Counted from the stretch's first letter, positions 19,101-27,994 are shown. The stretch: DNA of 64,000 nucleotides from Clostridiales bacterium (GCA_012838805.1 DUON01000014.1:2900-66899), one strand, 5' to 3'. Numbers and translations are program-made. The notes: generated by a model from the sequence alone, not told the origin.

Positions 19101-22100
19101 ACTTCCCAAAACCGTCAAGCATATAGGAGAAGGAGCGTTTAAGGCAATTGAGCAGTTAGCCGACTTTAGGATACATGCGGAAAGCGAACTTGCCACGATT
19201 GGAAAAGAGGCTTTTTCAGAGCTTAACCTTGATATAGACTTGGTCTTGCCAAATGCCTTGGAATCTATCGGACAAAGGGCATTTTATAACACCCCTGTGA
19301 AAATCATTATTGGCGGAGATTCTCAACTATCAGATATCGGCTCTGAGGCGTTTTCCTTTACAAGAGCGGTGGATATCACCATTCCGCAAAGCCTAAGGAC
19401 GCTGAATGATGCTTTTTCGAATATAGAAACCGATGAAATACTCATTCCCGCATGGGTTAGGACAATAGACAGCCAAGCGTTTATGTCCAGCCAAATCCAA
19501 AAGATAACAATAGTCGGAAGCGCACTTATAGATATCAAAGACATGGCTTTTTATGGTCTTAGGGATACTATTTTTGATATATCCGAACTGCCGTCTTTGA
19601 AATCACTTGGAAAAGAAGCATTTTATGACTGCAAAGAGCTTAAAAAGTTCTGGGCATTAAGCGTTACTGATATTGGAGAAAACGCCTTTTATGGATGTGA
19701 GAATATAGAAGAGCTTTCCACAAACGGCATGGACATAATCACGCTCTTTGGCGAAATTCCCCAAAATCTTTTCCGCTTGCGAATATCTTCTGGAGCGGTT
19801 GAAGTCAAAGAAAACGCTTATCAAGGCGTGGAGAGCTTGACGGAAGTTATCTTCTCTCCCACCGTGAGCATTATAAAAGAGAACGCTTTCAAAGACGCCT
19901 CAAACCTTATCACTATCGTTTTGGAAATGAGAGAGAGCTTGAAATTCGTCGGGGCGAATGCCTTTGAGGGAACACAGTGGTTTGAGCAAGCACCGCAAGG
20001 TGTCCTTTATATAGGCAGAATTGCCTATGGCTATAAGAGCAACACAAAAGGCAGCGTCAATATAGAGCTTGGAACATATGCAATCGCTGACTATGCCTTT
20101 TATCAATCGAATATCACGGCGCTTACTATTCCCGCAAGCGTGGTCAGGATTGGTGAAATGGCTGTTGCCGAATGCGTCGATTTGGAAACGGTCAATATCG
20201 CCGGCGGCAGTCAATTGAAAGAAATCGGGAAAAGAGCATTCTATAACAATACAAATCTTTTGAGCATAAATCTTCCTTTCTGCCTTGAAGAAATCCAAGA
20301 AGAAATCCTTAAGGGCTGTGACAGCCTTGAAACCCTTGAATATTCGGGCTGTTTCCTTTTAAGCCAATTGTTTGGCGATTCTAATATAAATATAACCAAT
20401 TTAAGAATTGCTAACAATTCAGAATACATCGTAGATTCTGCTTTAGAAGGTATCGCCTCTATTCAATCGGTCACCATACCCGCTTCGGTAAGAACTATTG
20501 GTGAAAAAGCCTTTTCAGGGTGCGAATCGCTTTCAAGTCTCAATATACAAAGAGGAAGCCTTATCCACACCATAGGCGATTTTGCCTTTGAAAACTGCGT
20601 ATCCCTTTCTTCTATCGCCTTGCCTCTTTCGGCTGTGAATTTAGGAAAAGGTATATTGGCGGGATGCTCTGCGATTAACCATATCGCCTTGAACGGTGGT
20701 GTTCCGCTCTATTCGCTATTCGGCAATACAGATTTTGACAACAGCTATACTGTAACAATCGATAGCAAAGATTATTACTTACCCAAGAGCTTAAAGAATA
20801 TCACAATTGTTGAAGGCAGCCAAAAGATAGTAAAGCACTCCTTTAACAGCAGTAAAATAAAAAATATCATTATGCCGTATGACATAACGGTTATCGAAGA
20901 ATATGCTTTTTATAAAAATGGCGAACTGGATAGTATCGTTATACCCCAAACAAATGAGCTTGAAAGAATAGAGGCTTATGCTTTTTATGAATGCATGTCT
21001 ATCGTGTCTTTTACGATATATGAGAATGTTAGCTATATCGGGGACAGAGCTTTTTATAACTGCTCCTTGCTTGAAAATGTGGTCATTCTATCTTCGTTTT
21101 TTGAGGCGGGTTTTGAGGCTTTCAAGGAAACGCCTTATGAAGACAGTCAATCGGGCGAGATATATATCGGCAAAGTCTTGGCGGGCTTTAAGGGAGAAAT
21201 GGACGAGGAATATATACTTACAGTTGCGCCTGATACCACAGCGATAGCCGCTTACGCCTTTGAAAATCAGCACAATTTGAAAAAAGTTGTCTTGCCCGAA
21301 GGCGTGAATTCAATAGGCAAAGGAGCTTTTAAGAATTGTGAGAACTTGGAAGAAATCAATATCCAAGACACCTTGCTTAAGAGAATAGAGGACGAATCAT
21401 TCTATGGCTGTATCTCTCTAAATGAAATTGTAATTGGTCAAGCAATCGAATATATAGGGGAGAGTGCGTTTAGAGAATGTCACGCTTTAAGCCTCATTCT
21501 TGACGGCGGAAGCTTGAAAGAGATAGGCGGATACGCTTTTAGTATGAGCAATATATCGTCTGTCCATATCCCCGCAGGCGTCAAGCGTATCGGAAGTTAC
21601 GCCTTTGAGGGAGCCGACCTTGAAGAGGTCAAGTTCTTAAGCCAAAATAGCCTTGAATATATCGGAGAGGGTGCTTTTTATGGACTCAACAGCACCAGCT
21701 TTGATATGGCGGTTTTAAATGAGCTTTTAGAAGTGGGCGATTTCGCTTTTTACAGCTGTCACGGGCTTTTAGAATTCGTCGCCCCTAATATTCAATCTTA
21801 TGGAGAAGATGTCTTTTATGACTGCAAGAACCTTGAGAAAACTACCCTTGTCGACAAGGAATTATTCTTGATGTTCGGCTCTGTTTTGGATGCGGAATAT
21901 TATGATATAATCGAGCTTAATGGAGAATATTATTCAGTTCCTAAGAGCTTGACTTTTGTCTATATCTCTAACGCTTGCGAAAGCGTAACAGAATATGCTT
22001 TCTATAATTGCAAAAGCTTAAAAGTAGTTGATTTGGGGTCCAGTGTGACCAAAATTGGAGACTATGCTTTCTATCAATGCTTAGGGCTTGAAAGAGTTGT

Positions 22101-24804
22101 CATAAACGAGGGACTGGAACAGATTGGAGACTATGCTTTCTATGCTTGCGAAAAACTAATCTCTTCCCATGAGGCCCAAGAAATCCAAAAGTTTGTTCTG
22201 CCTTTGTCTATCACGACGATAGGGGAATATGCTTTTTATAATTGTGCTTCAATAGAAAACATATCGCTTGAAGAAAATTCCCGATTGAGATATATCGGCG
22301 AAAGAGCTTTTGCTAATTTGGAAAACACCATATTTGAGCTTGCGCTTATTCGTTCCTTAATCATTGGAGACTATGCTTTTGAGAACTGCGCCTTGCTGGA
22401 AGAGGTTAAAGTCCAGTCAATCCAAGAAATGGGGTACGGTGTCTTTAGCGGTTGTCAAAGCCTTAAATATGCGTCTCTTTCTTCTGATAAATATGCCGGA
22501 GAATTCTTTGGCGATACTTATTATGAAGAAAGCTATTCGGTAAATTATCAAGACACTGACTATTTTATTCCCTTGTCGCTTGAAGTGATAGACATTTCGA
22601 ACACTATGACCGCCATAGTACCTTACGCTTTCAAAGGCTTCTATGCCGTGAAGACCTATCTGCTGTCCAATATCTCCACAATTGGGGAATACGCCTTTAG
22701 CGGCAACACATCTTTGGAAAGCCTTGTTATGCCCTCAAGCGTGGTCAGAGTGGAAGACTTTGCTTTTGAAGAATGCGACAATCTCATAGAAATTGAGTAT
22801 GAGCTGGAAGACAACTTGATATATATCGGCGAACAAGCTTTTCATGATACGGCTTGGTACGCTGACAAGACAGCTGGCATAGACAACCAAACAATCTATA
22901 TCGGAAGAGTGGCTTATTCGCATATTGGAACTATTCAAGGCAGTTTGGAGCTTAACGAAAACACCATGGGAATATCGCCTAAAGCGTTCATGGGTCAAAA
23001 TCTTATTACTTCCCTATACCTGCCCGTTTCAATCGCTGAAATAGGTGAAAAGGCTTTCTATGATTGTTCTTCAATAAGCTCTATTTATACAAGCGGATAT
23101 TATACAATAGGCTCTTTGTTTGGGGAAGAGTATTTTGATTTGAGCGTTCCCGCCGTACAAGGCGGTAAGACCTATTATATACCCCAGTCCCTAAATACAA
23201 TAACCGTAATAGAGCCTTCCGCAAAAATAGTTGATTTTGCTTTTGCCGATATGGCTTCCTTAAAGACTGTTAATATAGCGGCGTCAGTCAAGAGTTTTGG
23301 CTCAGATATCTTATATGGATCAAGCGGTATAGAGAGCTTGTCTTTGTCGGGAGACATTGTTTTAGGAAACCTCTTTGGCGAAAATTTTTACGCAAACAGC
23401 TATCCCGCTATCCAAAACAATACCACCTACTATATACCGCAAGGGCTGTCTTATATCGAAATTTTGGGCTCAAAGATAGTGGACTTCGCCTATATGAATT
23501 TAGATAGCTTGACCTATGCGAGTATCTCAAGCGGTGTCGCCTCAATCGGAAGATATGCCTTTAGCGGATGTGTCAATTTGGCAAATATTGCTTTACATAG
23601 CGGTATAACCTCTATTGACGACTATGCATTCCAAAATTGTCAAGCTTTCACTGAGATCGTTTTGCCTTCTTTTGCAAAGTTAGGAAACGGAATATTAAAC
23701 GGATGTTCAAGTCTTCGTTCTTTGAGCGTCACTGGAAATAAACCTATTCATTCGCTTTTTGGAACGGCGTCATATCCTCAAAGCTATCAGATAGACCATA
23801 ATTATAAAAAATACTATATACCCGTCACGCTTAACAGAGTGATTATTAAGGACACCCAAAAAATAGCAGACCACCTGCTATATGGTTTGAATTCGATATC
23901 CGAAGTCACATTTACACAAGATATTACGGAAATTGGAGGATATGCTTTCTACGGACTGCAAACGCTTCAAACGCTTAGGATACCATCTACCTTGACTTAT
24001 ATAGGAGAATATGCATTTTATAACAATGTCAGTGCCGAATTTGACTTCATTCTCAACAATATAAAATCCGTTGGAGAATTCGCTTTTTCCAATTGTACAA
24101 AACTAATAGACTTCAATTCATCTCAAATAAAATATATAGGCGACAATGCTTTTGTAGGCTGTTATAATCTAAGCAGTCTTGGTATCACCAAAGATAAGCC
24201 CGCTGGCAAGCTGTTTGGTAAAAAGATGTTTGTCGCAAGTTATCAGGCGGAACAAGGCGGAGAGGTTTATTATATACCGTCAGCGCTTAAGAATATAACC
24301 ATATACGGTCAAGGTGCGCTTGCGGAAAATATCTTAGCCAATATGGCAAGCCTTGAAAAGGTTAGCTTAATCGGGGAATTGGAAATTCCGTCCACAGCTT
24401 TTCAAGGTCTGGTCAATGTTATGGAATTTGAGGGAGAGGATATTGTTTATATCGGCATAGACGCGCTTAATGATATGCCTTGGCTGGGGGCGTTTTTGAA
24501 TTCTCAACCCGATAAGACAATGGTTTATATCGGAAATGTGGCGTATGCTTATAAAGGACAAATGGATATCGGATATAGAGCAAGATTTAATGAAGGAACT
24601 ACTCAGCTATACTATTATGCGTTTAGGAATCAGAACAGACTTGCGGGCGTGGAAATTAATAAGTCTATGCTATATATAGCTCCGAATGCTTTTGAGGGAT
24701 GTACTGCGCTTGAGTATTTTATTATAGACGATGAAAACGACAATTTCCGTTTTGAAAACGGCACACTTTATGACAAAGACGGCGAAGTTATCTTTTCGCT
24801 GTAA
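13177..24804 (+). CDS. Giant BspA-like leucine-rich-repeat surface lipoprotein (3,875 aa) with N-terminal Listeria-Bacteroides-type repeats
   Basis: Uninterrupted 11,628-nt ORF. Signal peptide with lipobox-like FISC. Four ~70-aa repeats (GYTAEWEITDF..VYAIY, GYTGYWSVQDF..VKAVY, GYIFGGWFED..VYAYW). These are followed by many dozens of IGxxAFxxCxxLxxIxIPxSV units (LRR_5/BspA type). Confidence 0.9.
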   Translation: MKSYKKLCLLIIFLLIISCMFISCQSASSKVTVSFMVDGELYKEYILNYGEGIEDVPQTPPKPLYLAQWNIDDFSEFYTDTTITAVYTKNFFTAVFRVEDDDKILTLRTTDIEFGENPSSFPPIPEKEGYTAEWEITDFTEIRTDVVVYAIYTPIIKKITFEDEEGNILYIRETPYGQALEDIPEVPLVEGYTGYWSVQDFSNIIENMTVKAVYTDRILTVDLVDSDDQTPSQMNFAYGQRLDLPVQQYRFGYIFGGWFEDSEFDNPISIDNIYDDLTVYAYWIEINDHIAEDKNKFEFTLNEDQRGYAIRPKEDAELSSNIVLPNSHEGLLVIEIEDRAFEGMDLTSILIPVGVTRIGERAFYGCQNLETVQFADKNRLQTISKEAFYQNISLIQISISKDIQEIGEKAFYGCLALSSFNIPEGANLTTIGSGAFQNSHNIRRINISKEIMEIGDYAFSNLSVTELNFEGLENLLIIGAFAFENCDWIIEFNAPNIINIGQGAFAGCRSLTELTINGDIPIVDYFGENAFPNSYEVTQLSRLRDVQGEFVKNAQGEYVYQNITRRLPVNLATINFRDGITNIANNVLQNCVAVHNIRIPSSVVKIGEYAFAIPSDSHGLMAKGELYIPSNSNLEEIGFRAFLHRSSVTEIYLPATIKRIEAEAFRNADNLSKIVFSPDSNIDYIGSKAFDSTEWINFQPDGIISIGNIALSFKNAGKYGEINLALPNGIKAVAPDAFNGISQIVRVDIPSSIKAIYDNAFYNCNRLTVVNMEEGIEYIGNNVFSGCDALKEITIPKSVENIGESILKDCTSLEKMIIYGDRILGHFFGLDSFDNSYLAYQTDEQALDYEIEEEEERVYLKWAPLADLYDVYPINYTIYVKNVLNKNEEAVDILRLGSITHSFSSPYYDEDEEKYSLYFNLEELLSGIRAVSEIGEFILPQGRNWDNIFEIKAFYANDYYIPNSLKEIVFKEDNFPVDRKVAPYSFMNIKSLKKIVLADGIQEIGQWAFYNCESLGVVDDQVIPLGIPSTLTKIGDYAFYNNSCLGELSFGVNVNLEQIGIYAFQNSGLRTLYIPRSVREIGEGAFMDNDLMQSVSFQDAFVQTSQGEVVNYLHIGDKAFLGCEEIRNVEFPDRLTVIGAKALAYNIKLYNISFRQTSYIQTIGEKAFAYCNMLNSIVLPPSINLDETLTILKANGALSEITLYNDKINDYHNITLGMLFGEEAYEGSYAAEQRGTVYHIPQTLTKINFLGGKLSENFFENASAIMIATLENVTEIGEKAFYNCSGLENIDIPDTVKSIGSNAFANCISLVYTEISSLSELEYLGERAFENNQNLVEIYLPQGVGEIGEYAFANNYSLEEIHISNVQTINDYAFYECSNIKKIILSSDIEYIGNYAFYNCFLADIVYDKFDNLKHIGNYAFYNCLGLRILHAESIETIGVNAFSQAHNLEEITITGKNTLGTLFGSGYFENSYRVDQNGTYYIPSSLKRVRISSTAESLTALLFKDCEGISDIIFMSAQAPALSQGVFENIENMIKIFAPFEYLESYRQAYDEYPNIYPQPTNYENFEFIEVGGGYSIKAAANAEFEDVLYIPAFYNGIQVIKIAPKAFYGLTAIEELIVPATIKEIGSSAFENCLELKVVTFEGGSNLIKIGDNAFNKCKSLREITLPQKLDTIGAYAFAGDRSVENALRKVIFDAQSSLIEIGAYAFSFNPNLLSISLPTSLEKLGKAAFRESGLQEVSFGQGGLSEIEDEVFYGCTLTAVSIPDSVSVIGKNAFAECIYLENVFLGEGVKDIQERAFYNNVSLTDILLPYSLEKIGKQAFKYSQSLTTISIPQNVWYIGEQSFMGCLSLYDVIFESEQISYVGSMAFYDTIWFNEQQKTAQGVVYIDNIAYSFVGDMPSMLTLKEGTIAIAPAAFENQPNLEKVILPSTLRVVGERAFYNSINLEEIDLPENSELTEIGAYAFYRAALIEFELPKTVKHIGEGAFKAIEQLADFRIHAESELATIGKEAFSELNLDIDLVLPNALESIGQRAFYNTPVKIIIGGDSQLSDIGSEAFSFTRAVDITIPQSLRTLNDAFSNIETDEILIPAWVRTIDSQAFMSSQIQKITIVGSALIDIKDMAFYGLRDTIFDISELPSLKSLGKEAFYDCKELKKFWALSVTDIGENAFYGCENIEELSTNGMDIITLFGEIPQNLFRLRISSGAVEVKENAYQGVESLTEVIFSPTVSIIKENAFKDASNLITIVLEMRESLKFVGANAFEGTQWFEQAPQGVLYIGRIAYGYKSNTKGSVNIELGTYAIADYAFYQSNITALTIPASVVRIGEMAVAECVDLETVNIAGGSQLKEIGKRAFYNNTNLLSINLPFCLEEIQEEILKGCDSLETLEYSGCFLLSQLFGDSNINITNLRIANNSEYIVDSALEGIASIQSVTIPASVRTIGEKAFSGCESLSSLNIQRGSLIHTIGDFAFENCVSLSSIALPLSAVNLGKGILAGCSAINHIALNGGVPLYSLFGNTDFDNSYTVTIDSKDYYLPKSLKNITIVEGSQKIVKHSFNSSKIKNIIMPYDITVIEEYAFYKNGELDSIVIPQTNELERIEAYAFYECMSIVSFTIYENVSYIGDRAFYNCSLLENVVILSSFFEAGFEAFKETPYEDSQSGEIYIGKVLAGFKGEMDEEYILTVAPDTTAIAAYAFENQHNLKKVVLPEGVNSIGKGAFKNCENLEEINIQDTLLKRIEDESFYGCISLNEIVIGQAIEYIGESAFRECHALSLILDGGSLKEIGGYAFSMSNISSVHIPAGVKRIGSYAFEGADLEEVKFLSQNSLEYIGEGAFYGLNSTSFDMAVLNELLEVGDFAFYSCHGLLEFVAPNIQSYGEDVFYDCKNLEKTTLVDKELFLMFGSVLDAEYYDIIELNGEYYSVPKSLTFVYISNACESVTEYAFYNCKSLKVVDLGSSVTKIGDYAFYQCLGLERVVINEGLEQIGDYAFYACEKLISSHEAQEIQKFVLPLSITTIGEYAFYNCASIENISLEENSRLRYIGERAFANLENTIFELALIRSLIIGDYAFENCALLEEVKVQSIQEMGYGVFSGCQSLKYASLSSDKYAGEFFGDTYYEESYSVNYQDTDYFIPLSLEVIDISNTMTAIVPYAFKGFYAVKTYLLSNISTIGEYAFSGNTSLESLVMPSSVVRVEDFAFEECDNLIEIEYELEDNLIYIGEQAFHDTAWYADKTAGIDNQTIYIGRVAYSHIGTIQGSLELNENTMGISPKAFMGQNLITSLYLPVSIAEIGEKAFYDCSSISSIYTSGYYTIGSLFGEEYFDLSVPAVQGGKTYYIPQSLNTITVIEPSAKIVDFAFADMASLKTVNIAASVKSFGSDILYGSSGIESLSLSGDIVLGNLFGENFYANSYPAIQNNTTYYIPQGLSYIEILGSKIVDFAYMNLDSLTYASISSGVASIGRYAFSGCVNLANIALHSGITSIDDYAFQNCQAFTEIVLPSFAKLGNGILNGCSSLRSLSVTGNKPIHSLFGTASYPQSYQIDHNYKKYYIPVTLNRVIIKDTQKIADHLLYGLNSISEVTFTQDITEIGGYAFYGLQTLQTLRIPSTLTYIGEYAFYNNVSAEFDFILNNIKSVGEFAFSNCTKLIDFNSSQIKYIGDNAFVGCYNLSSLGITKDKPAGKLFGKKMFVASYQAEQGGEVYYIPSALKNITIYGQGALAENILANMASLEKVSLIGELEIPSTAFQGLVNVMEFEGEDIVYIGIDALNDMPWLGAFLNSQPDKTMVYIGNVAYAYKGQMDIGYRARFNEGTTQLYYYAFRNQNRLAGVEINKSMLYIAPNAFEGCTALEYFIIDDENDNFRFENGTLYDKDGEVIFSL

Positions 24805-24827
24805 GAACAATAAAAAAGAGGTCAAAT

Positions 24828-25715
24828 ATGATTTATGATGTGATTATTATCGGAGGCGGACCTGCGGGTTTGACAGCGGCTCTATACGCTGCCAGAGCGG
24901 GAAAGAAAACGCTTATTGTAGAGAACTACGCTATCGGCGGTCAAGCTTCCTTAACGCAAGAGATAGAAAACTATTCAGGTATTAAGAAAATATCGGGTTT
25001 TGAACTGACCGAGAATATGCGCTCTCAAGCTGAAGGGTTTGGTGCGGAATTTATATATGACAATATAGTAGAAATCTCTCTAAAAGGTCAAGTAAAAAAC
25101 ATAAAGACAGAGTATTCGGGAGAATTCAATTCTTATAATATTATTTTAGCTATGGGCGCTAAGGCAAGGCGGTTAGGTCTTGAAAGGGAAAAGCAGCTTA
25201 TTGGCAACGGCGTGTCGTATTGTGCCACCTGTGACGGCAACTTTTTCAAAGATAAAACAGTGGCGATAGTGGGAGGGGGAGACACCGCCTTAACCGATGC
25301 GATTTATCTTGAAAAATTGGCAAAGAAGATTTATATTATCCACAGAAGGGATGAATATAGGGGCTCAATCAGACTGGTTGAGCAAATGAGAGAATATCCG
25401 AAAATAGAAGAAGTTTTGGACAGCGTAGTAACCAAACTTAACGGCATGCCTCTTGAAAGTATAGAAGTCTTAAATAAAAAGACCCAAGAAAAAAGAGAAA
25501 TCGCCGTTGACGGACTCTTTATAGCGATAGGGCAAGAGCCCCAAACCCATTTAGTCAAAGATGTCATAACGCTAAAGGACGGATATATTCTTACCGACGA
25601 GAGCATGCGCACCAACATCCCCGGCGTGTATGCGGCGGGAGACATAAGATACAAGCCCTTAAGGCAAATTCTCACTGCCACCGCAGACGGAGCAATAGCG
25701 GCAAGCAACCTTTGA
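24828..25715 (+). CDS. trxB: Thioredoxin-disulfide reductase
   Basis: IIGGGPAGLTAA FAD motif, redox centre CATCDG, GGGDTA NADPH motif, C-terminal AAGD. Confidence 0.92.
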   Translation: MIYDVIIIGGGPAGLTAALYAARAGKKTLIVENYAIGGQASLTQEIENYSGIKKISGFELTENMRSQAEGFGAEFIYDNIVEISLKGQVKNIKTEYSGEFNSYNIILAMGAKARRLGLEREKQLIGNGVSYCATCDGNFFKDKTVAIVGGGDTALTDAIYLEKLAKKIYIIHRRDEYRGSIRLVEQMREYPKIEEVLDSVVTKLNGMPLESIEVLNKKTQEKREIAVDGLFIAIGQEPQTHLVKDVITLKDGYILTDESMRTNIPGVYAAGDIRYKPLRQILTATADGAIAASNL

Positions 25716-25819
25716 GCTTTTTTCATAGCAAGAAAGGGTACACATAAACCAAGTGATATAACCTAAGAATTTATATTATGTTCCGCTTCTATAAAAGCGG
25801 AAAAAACAAAATAGTAAAG

Positions 25820-25860
25820 GCAAAGGAGCATCCGAAAAAAAATGGATACTCCTTTGCTTT
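25820..25860 (+). terminator. Hairpin plus short T-run downstream of trxB
   Basis: GCAAAGGAG (25820-25828)/CTCCTTTGC (25849-25857) with inner ATCC/GGAT pairing, followed by TTT. Confidence 0.4.
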
Positions 25861-26036
25861 ATGATAAGGGGGAAAATTATGAGCATTTATTAAATATATG
25901 ATAGTATCTATATTTTCAAATGTCAACAAATTTTTAATTACATTTTTTGTAAATAAAAAGTAAATATCGAAAAAGGTCGGATTAAGGCATATTTTACTCT
26001 TTGCGCCAATATAATGTTTAATTAGCGGGAGGCAAT

Positions 26037-27458
26037 ATGAAAAAAATATTTTTAATTATATTAGTACTTTTATTGGCGACGGTAGGACTTTATGCCTGTA
26101 AAAAACCCGTTGACAAGGATATCCCAAATACATACATTATGAATTTAGAGCTTGAAGAGAACCTTGAGGGCAGCTTAAAGCTTATTATGACAAACACCTA
26201 CAAGGAGAATTTAAGTGAATTGAGGTTTCACCTTTACCCCAATTCCTATTCCGAGGGCTCTCCTAACAAAGCGTACAGAGACGAATTATTGAAATATGGG
26301 GAGATAAACATCACAAAAGTGTCGATAGGAAAGGACGCTGTGGACTTTAGCGTAAGTCAGGATAAGAACTTTTTGATTGTGCCTATCAAGCCCTTGCCTC
26401 TTAATGAGACTTTAGAGGTAGTGATTGATTTTATTGTCATTATCCCTCAATGCAACCTAAGGCTTGGCGAATATAACAATACCATAAACCTTGGAAACTT
26501 CTATCCAATACTTGCGGTTTTTGAGAACGACAAATGGCGAGATGATGTTTTCCACAAAGTAGGCGACCCTTTTTATTCGGAGACAGCGAACTATATTGTC
26601 ACCGTAAAAGTCCCCCAAAAAACTGAACTTGCAGCAACGGGCGATATAATCTCCAATAAATTGCAAGAGGGCAAAAGAGTTTACGAAATAAGAGCCGACA
26701 AGGTAAGGGATTTTGCAATGGCAGCAAGCCAAGAATTCAAAATAATGACCAAAATGGCGAACAAGATTACGGTGTATTACTATTATATAAACGATGACAA
26801 GCCGTCCGACACGCTGGAAGCGGCAGTAAGTGCCTTAAAGACTTTTAGCGACGCATTCGGCAACTATCCTTATAATAGTTATAGGGTGGTGGAGACAGCG
26901 TTTGCATACGGCGGAATGGAATATCCCATGATGTCTTGGGTTTCCAGCTCCCAGCAGGACAAAGAAAGTGTTGTCATTCATGAGACCGCACATCAGTGGT
27001 GGTATGGGCTTGTGGGTACAGACAGCATAAATGAAAGCTTTATTGACGAGGGACTGGCGACTTTTTGCACTCTTTATTACTACCAATTAAGAGGGGAGGA
27101 AAAGAAGTTCAAAGACGGCTTTAAGGATATTGACTTGAACTATAAGAACTATATAAAGCTTAAAGAATTGAACTCCCCCGATTTTGTTCTCCGCATGGAT
27201 AAGCCGATATATGAGTATTCCTCAACAGACTATAATACAATAATCTATGACAAATCTGCACTTATGTTCAAGACCGTATACGATGTGGTGGGCAAGAAGA
27301 AATTTGAAAAGAGCTTGAAGTATTTTTATGAAGATAACTGCCTTGGCATAGCCAAAAGAGAAGACCTATATAAGGCTTTTAATAGGGCATGCAAAACCGA
27401 TGTAGGCAAGATATTCGACAGCTGGATTGAAGGCTCTGTTCAAATGTTCGCCGCATAA
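26037..27458 (+). CDS. M1-family zinc metallopeptidase lipoprotein
   Basis: Signal peptide with lipobox LYAC. HETAHQWWYG followed 18 residues later by the E of IDEGLA (HExxH-X18-E). Confidence 0.8.
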   Translation: MKKIFLIILVLLLATVGLYACKKPVDKDIPNTYIMNLELEENLEGSLKLIMTNTYKENLSELRFHLYPNSYSEGSPNKAYRDELLKYGEINITKVSIGKDAVDFSVSQDKNFLIVPIKPLPLNETLEVVIDFIVIIPQCNLRLGEYNNTINLGNFYPILAVFENDKWRDDVFHKVGDPFYSETANYIVTVKVPQKTELAATGDIISNKLQEGKRVYEIRADKVRDFAMAASQEFKIMTKMANKITVYYYYINDDKPSDTLEAAVSALKTFSDAFGNYPYNSYRVVETAFAYGGMEYPMMSWVSSSQQDKESVVIHETAHQWWYGLVGTDSINESFIDEGLATFCTLYYYQLRGEEKKFKDGFKDIDLNYKNYIKLKELNSPDFVLRMDKPIYEYSSTDYNTIIYDKSALMFKTVYDVVGKKKFEKSLKYFYEDNCLGIAKREDLYKAFNRACKTDVGKIFDSWIEGSVQMFAA

Positions 27459-27479
27459 AGTATCTATCCAAAAAATAAT

Positions 27480-27508
27480 AGGCTTGTCGGTTCTTGACGA
27501 GCCTTTTT
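27480..27508 (+). terminator. Rho-independent terminator after the M1 peptidase gene
   Basis: AGGCTTGTC/GACGAGCCT stem (one G-U pair), 7-nt loop, TTTTT. Confidence 0.65.
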
Positions 27509-27783
27509 ATTTATATTGAAAAATTTTTTGCTTACGAAAAATATTCTTACATACATATAATTAAAGTAATGATTAATTTTCATTAAGAAATGAAAGTATT
27601 ATTGACAGATCTTGCCCCGCCTTTTATTAGGTATAAAGGTTAGGTTTTTTGGAAACAAATCTATTGGAGAGCTTGCCTTTGTTTTCATAAGAATTATAAC
27701 CGTTTAAGCCAAAAAACATGAACAAGCAGTATAAATAAAAACGGTTAGGAGCAAAATAAAATAAAAAAAGGAGAAAGACCTTT

Positions 27784-27939
27784 ATGACACACGAATCCAT
27801 GAACGATATGCTCCAGCTAATAAATAAATCGGGCAAAGAAAAGTACAAATGCACAAGCTGCGGAATTATAAACGAAAGCGACGGGGGAGCGCCCTCCCGC
27901 TGTGTTAAATGCGAGAATACAAAATTTTATAGACTATGA
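27784..27939 (+). CDS. 51-aa zinc-ribbon mini-protein (below the ORF-track length cut-off)
   Basis: Translates to MTHESMNDMLQLINKSGKEKYKCTSCGIINESDGGAPSRCVKCENTKFYRL, with two CxxC pairs. GGAG sits 10 nt upstream of the ATG and a strong terminator follows immediately. Confidence 0.6.
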   Translation: MTHESMNDMLQLINKSGKEKYKCTSCGIINESDGGAPSRCVKCENTKFYRL

Positions 27940-27966
27940 CATAAGAGCCACACATACAATCAAAGA

Positions 27967-27994
27967 AGCAAGACATCATAGGTCTTGCTTTTTG
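27967..27994 (+). terminator. Rho-independent terminator
   Basis: AGCAAGAC/GTCTTGCT 8-bp stem, 7-nt loop, TTTTTG. Confidence 0.7.

Noticed and set aside
13489-24561. Numerous 60-200-aa minus-strand and alternative-frame ORFs inside the giant gene (for example 13489-14091, 19900-20298, 20978-21247)
   Set aside because: All are embedded in one continuous 3,875-codon frame with strong repeat-family signal. Long shadow ORFs are expected opposite such a gene.
25781-25802. 8-bp hairpin TTCCGCTT/AAGCGGAA downstream of trxB as a terminator
   Set aside because: It is followed by an A-run rather than a T-run on the plus strand, and no minus-strand gene would use it. The second hairpin (25820-25860) is the better terminator candidate.
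27627-27854. 75-aa minus-strand ORF from the track
   Set aside because: The product is F/L/Y-rich and low-complexity, as expected from an AT-rich intergenic region. It overlaps the better-supported plus-strand zinc-ribbon mini-ORF and its SD.
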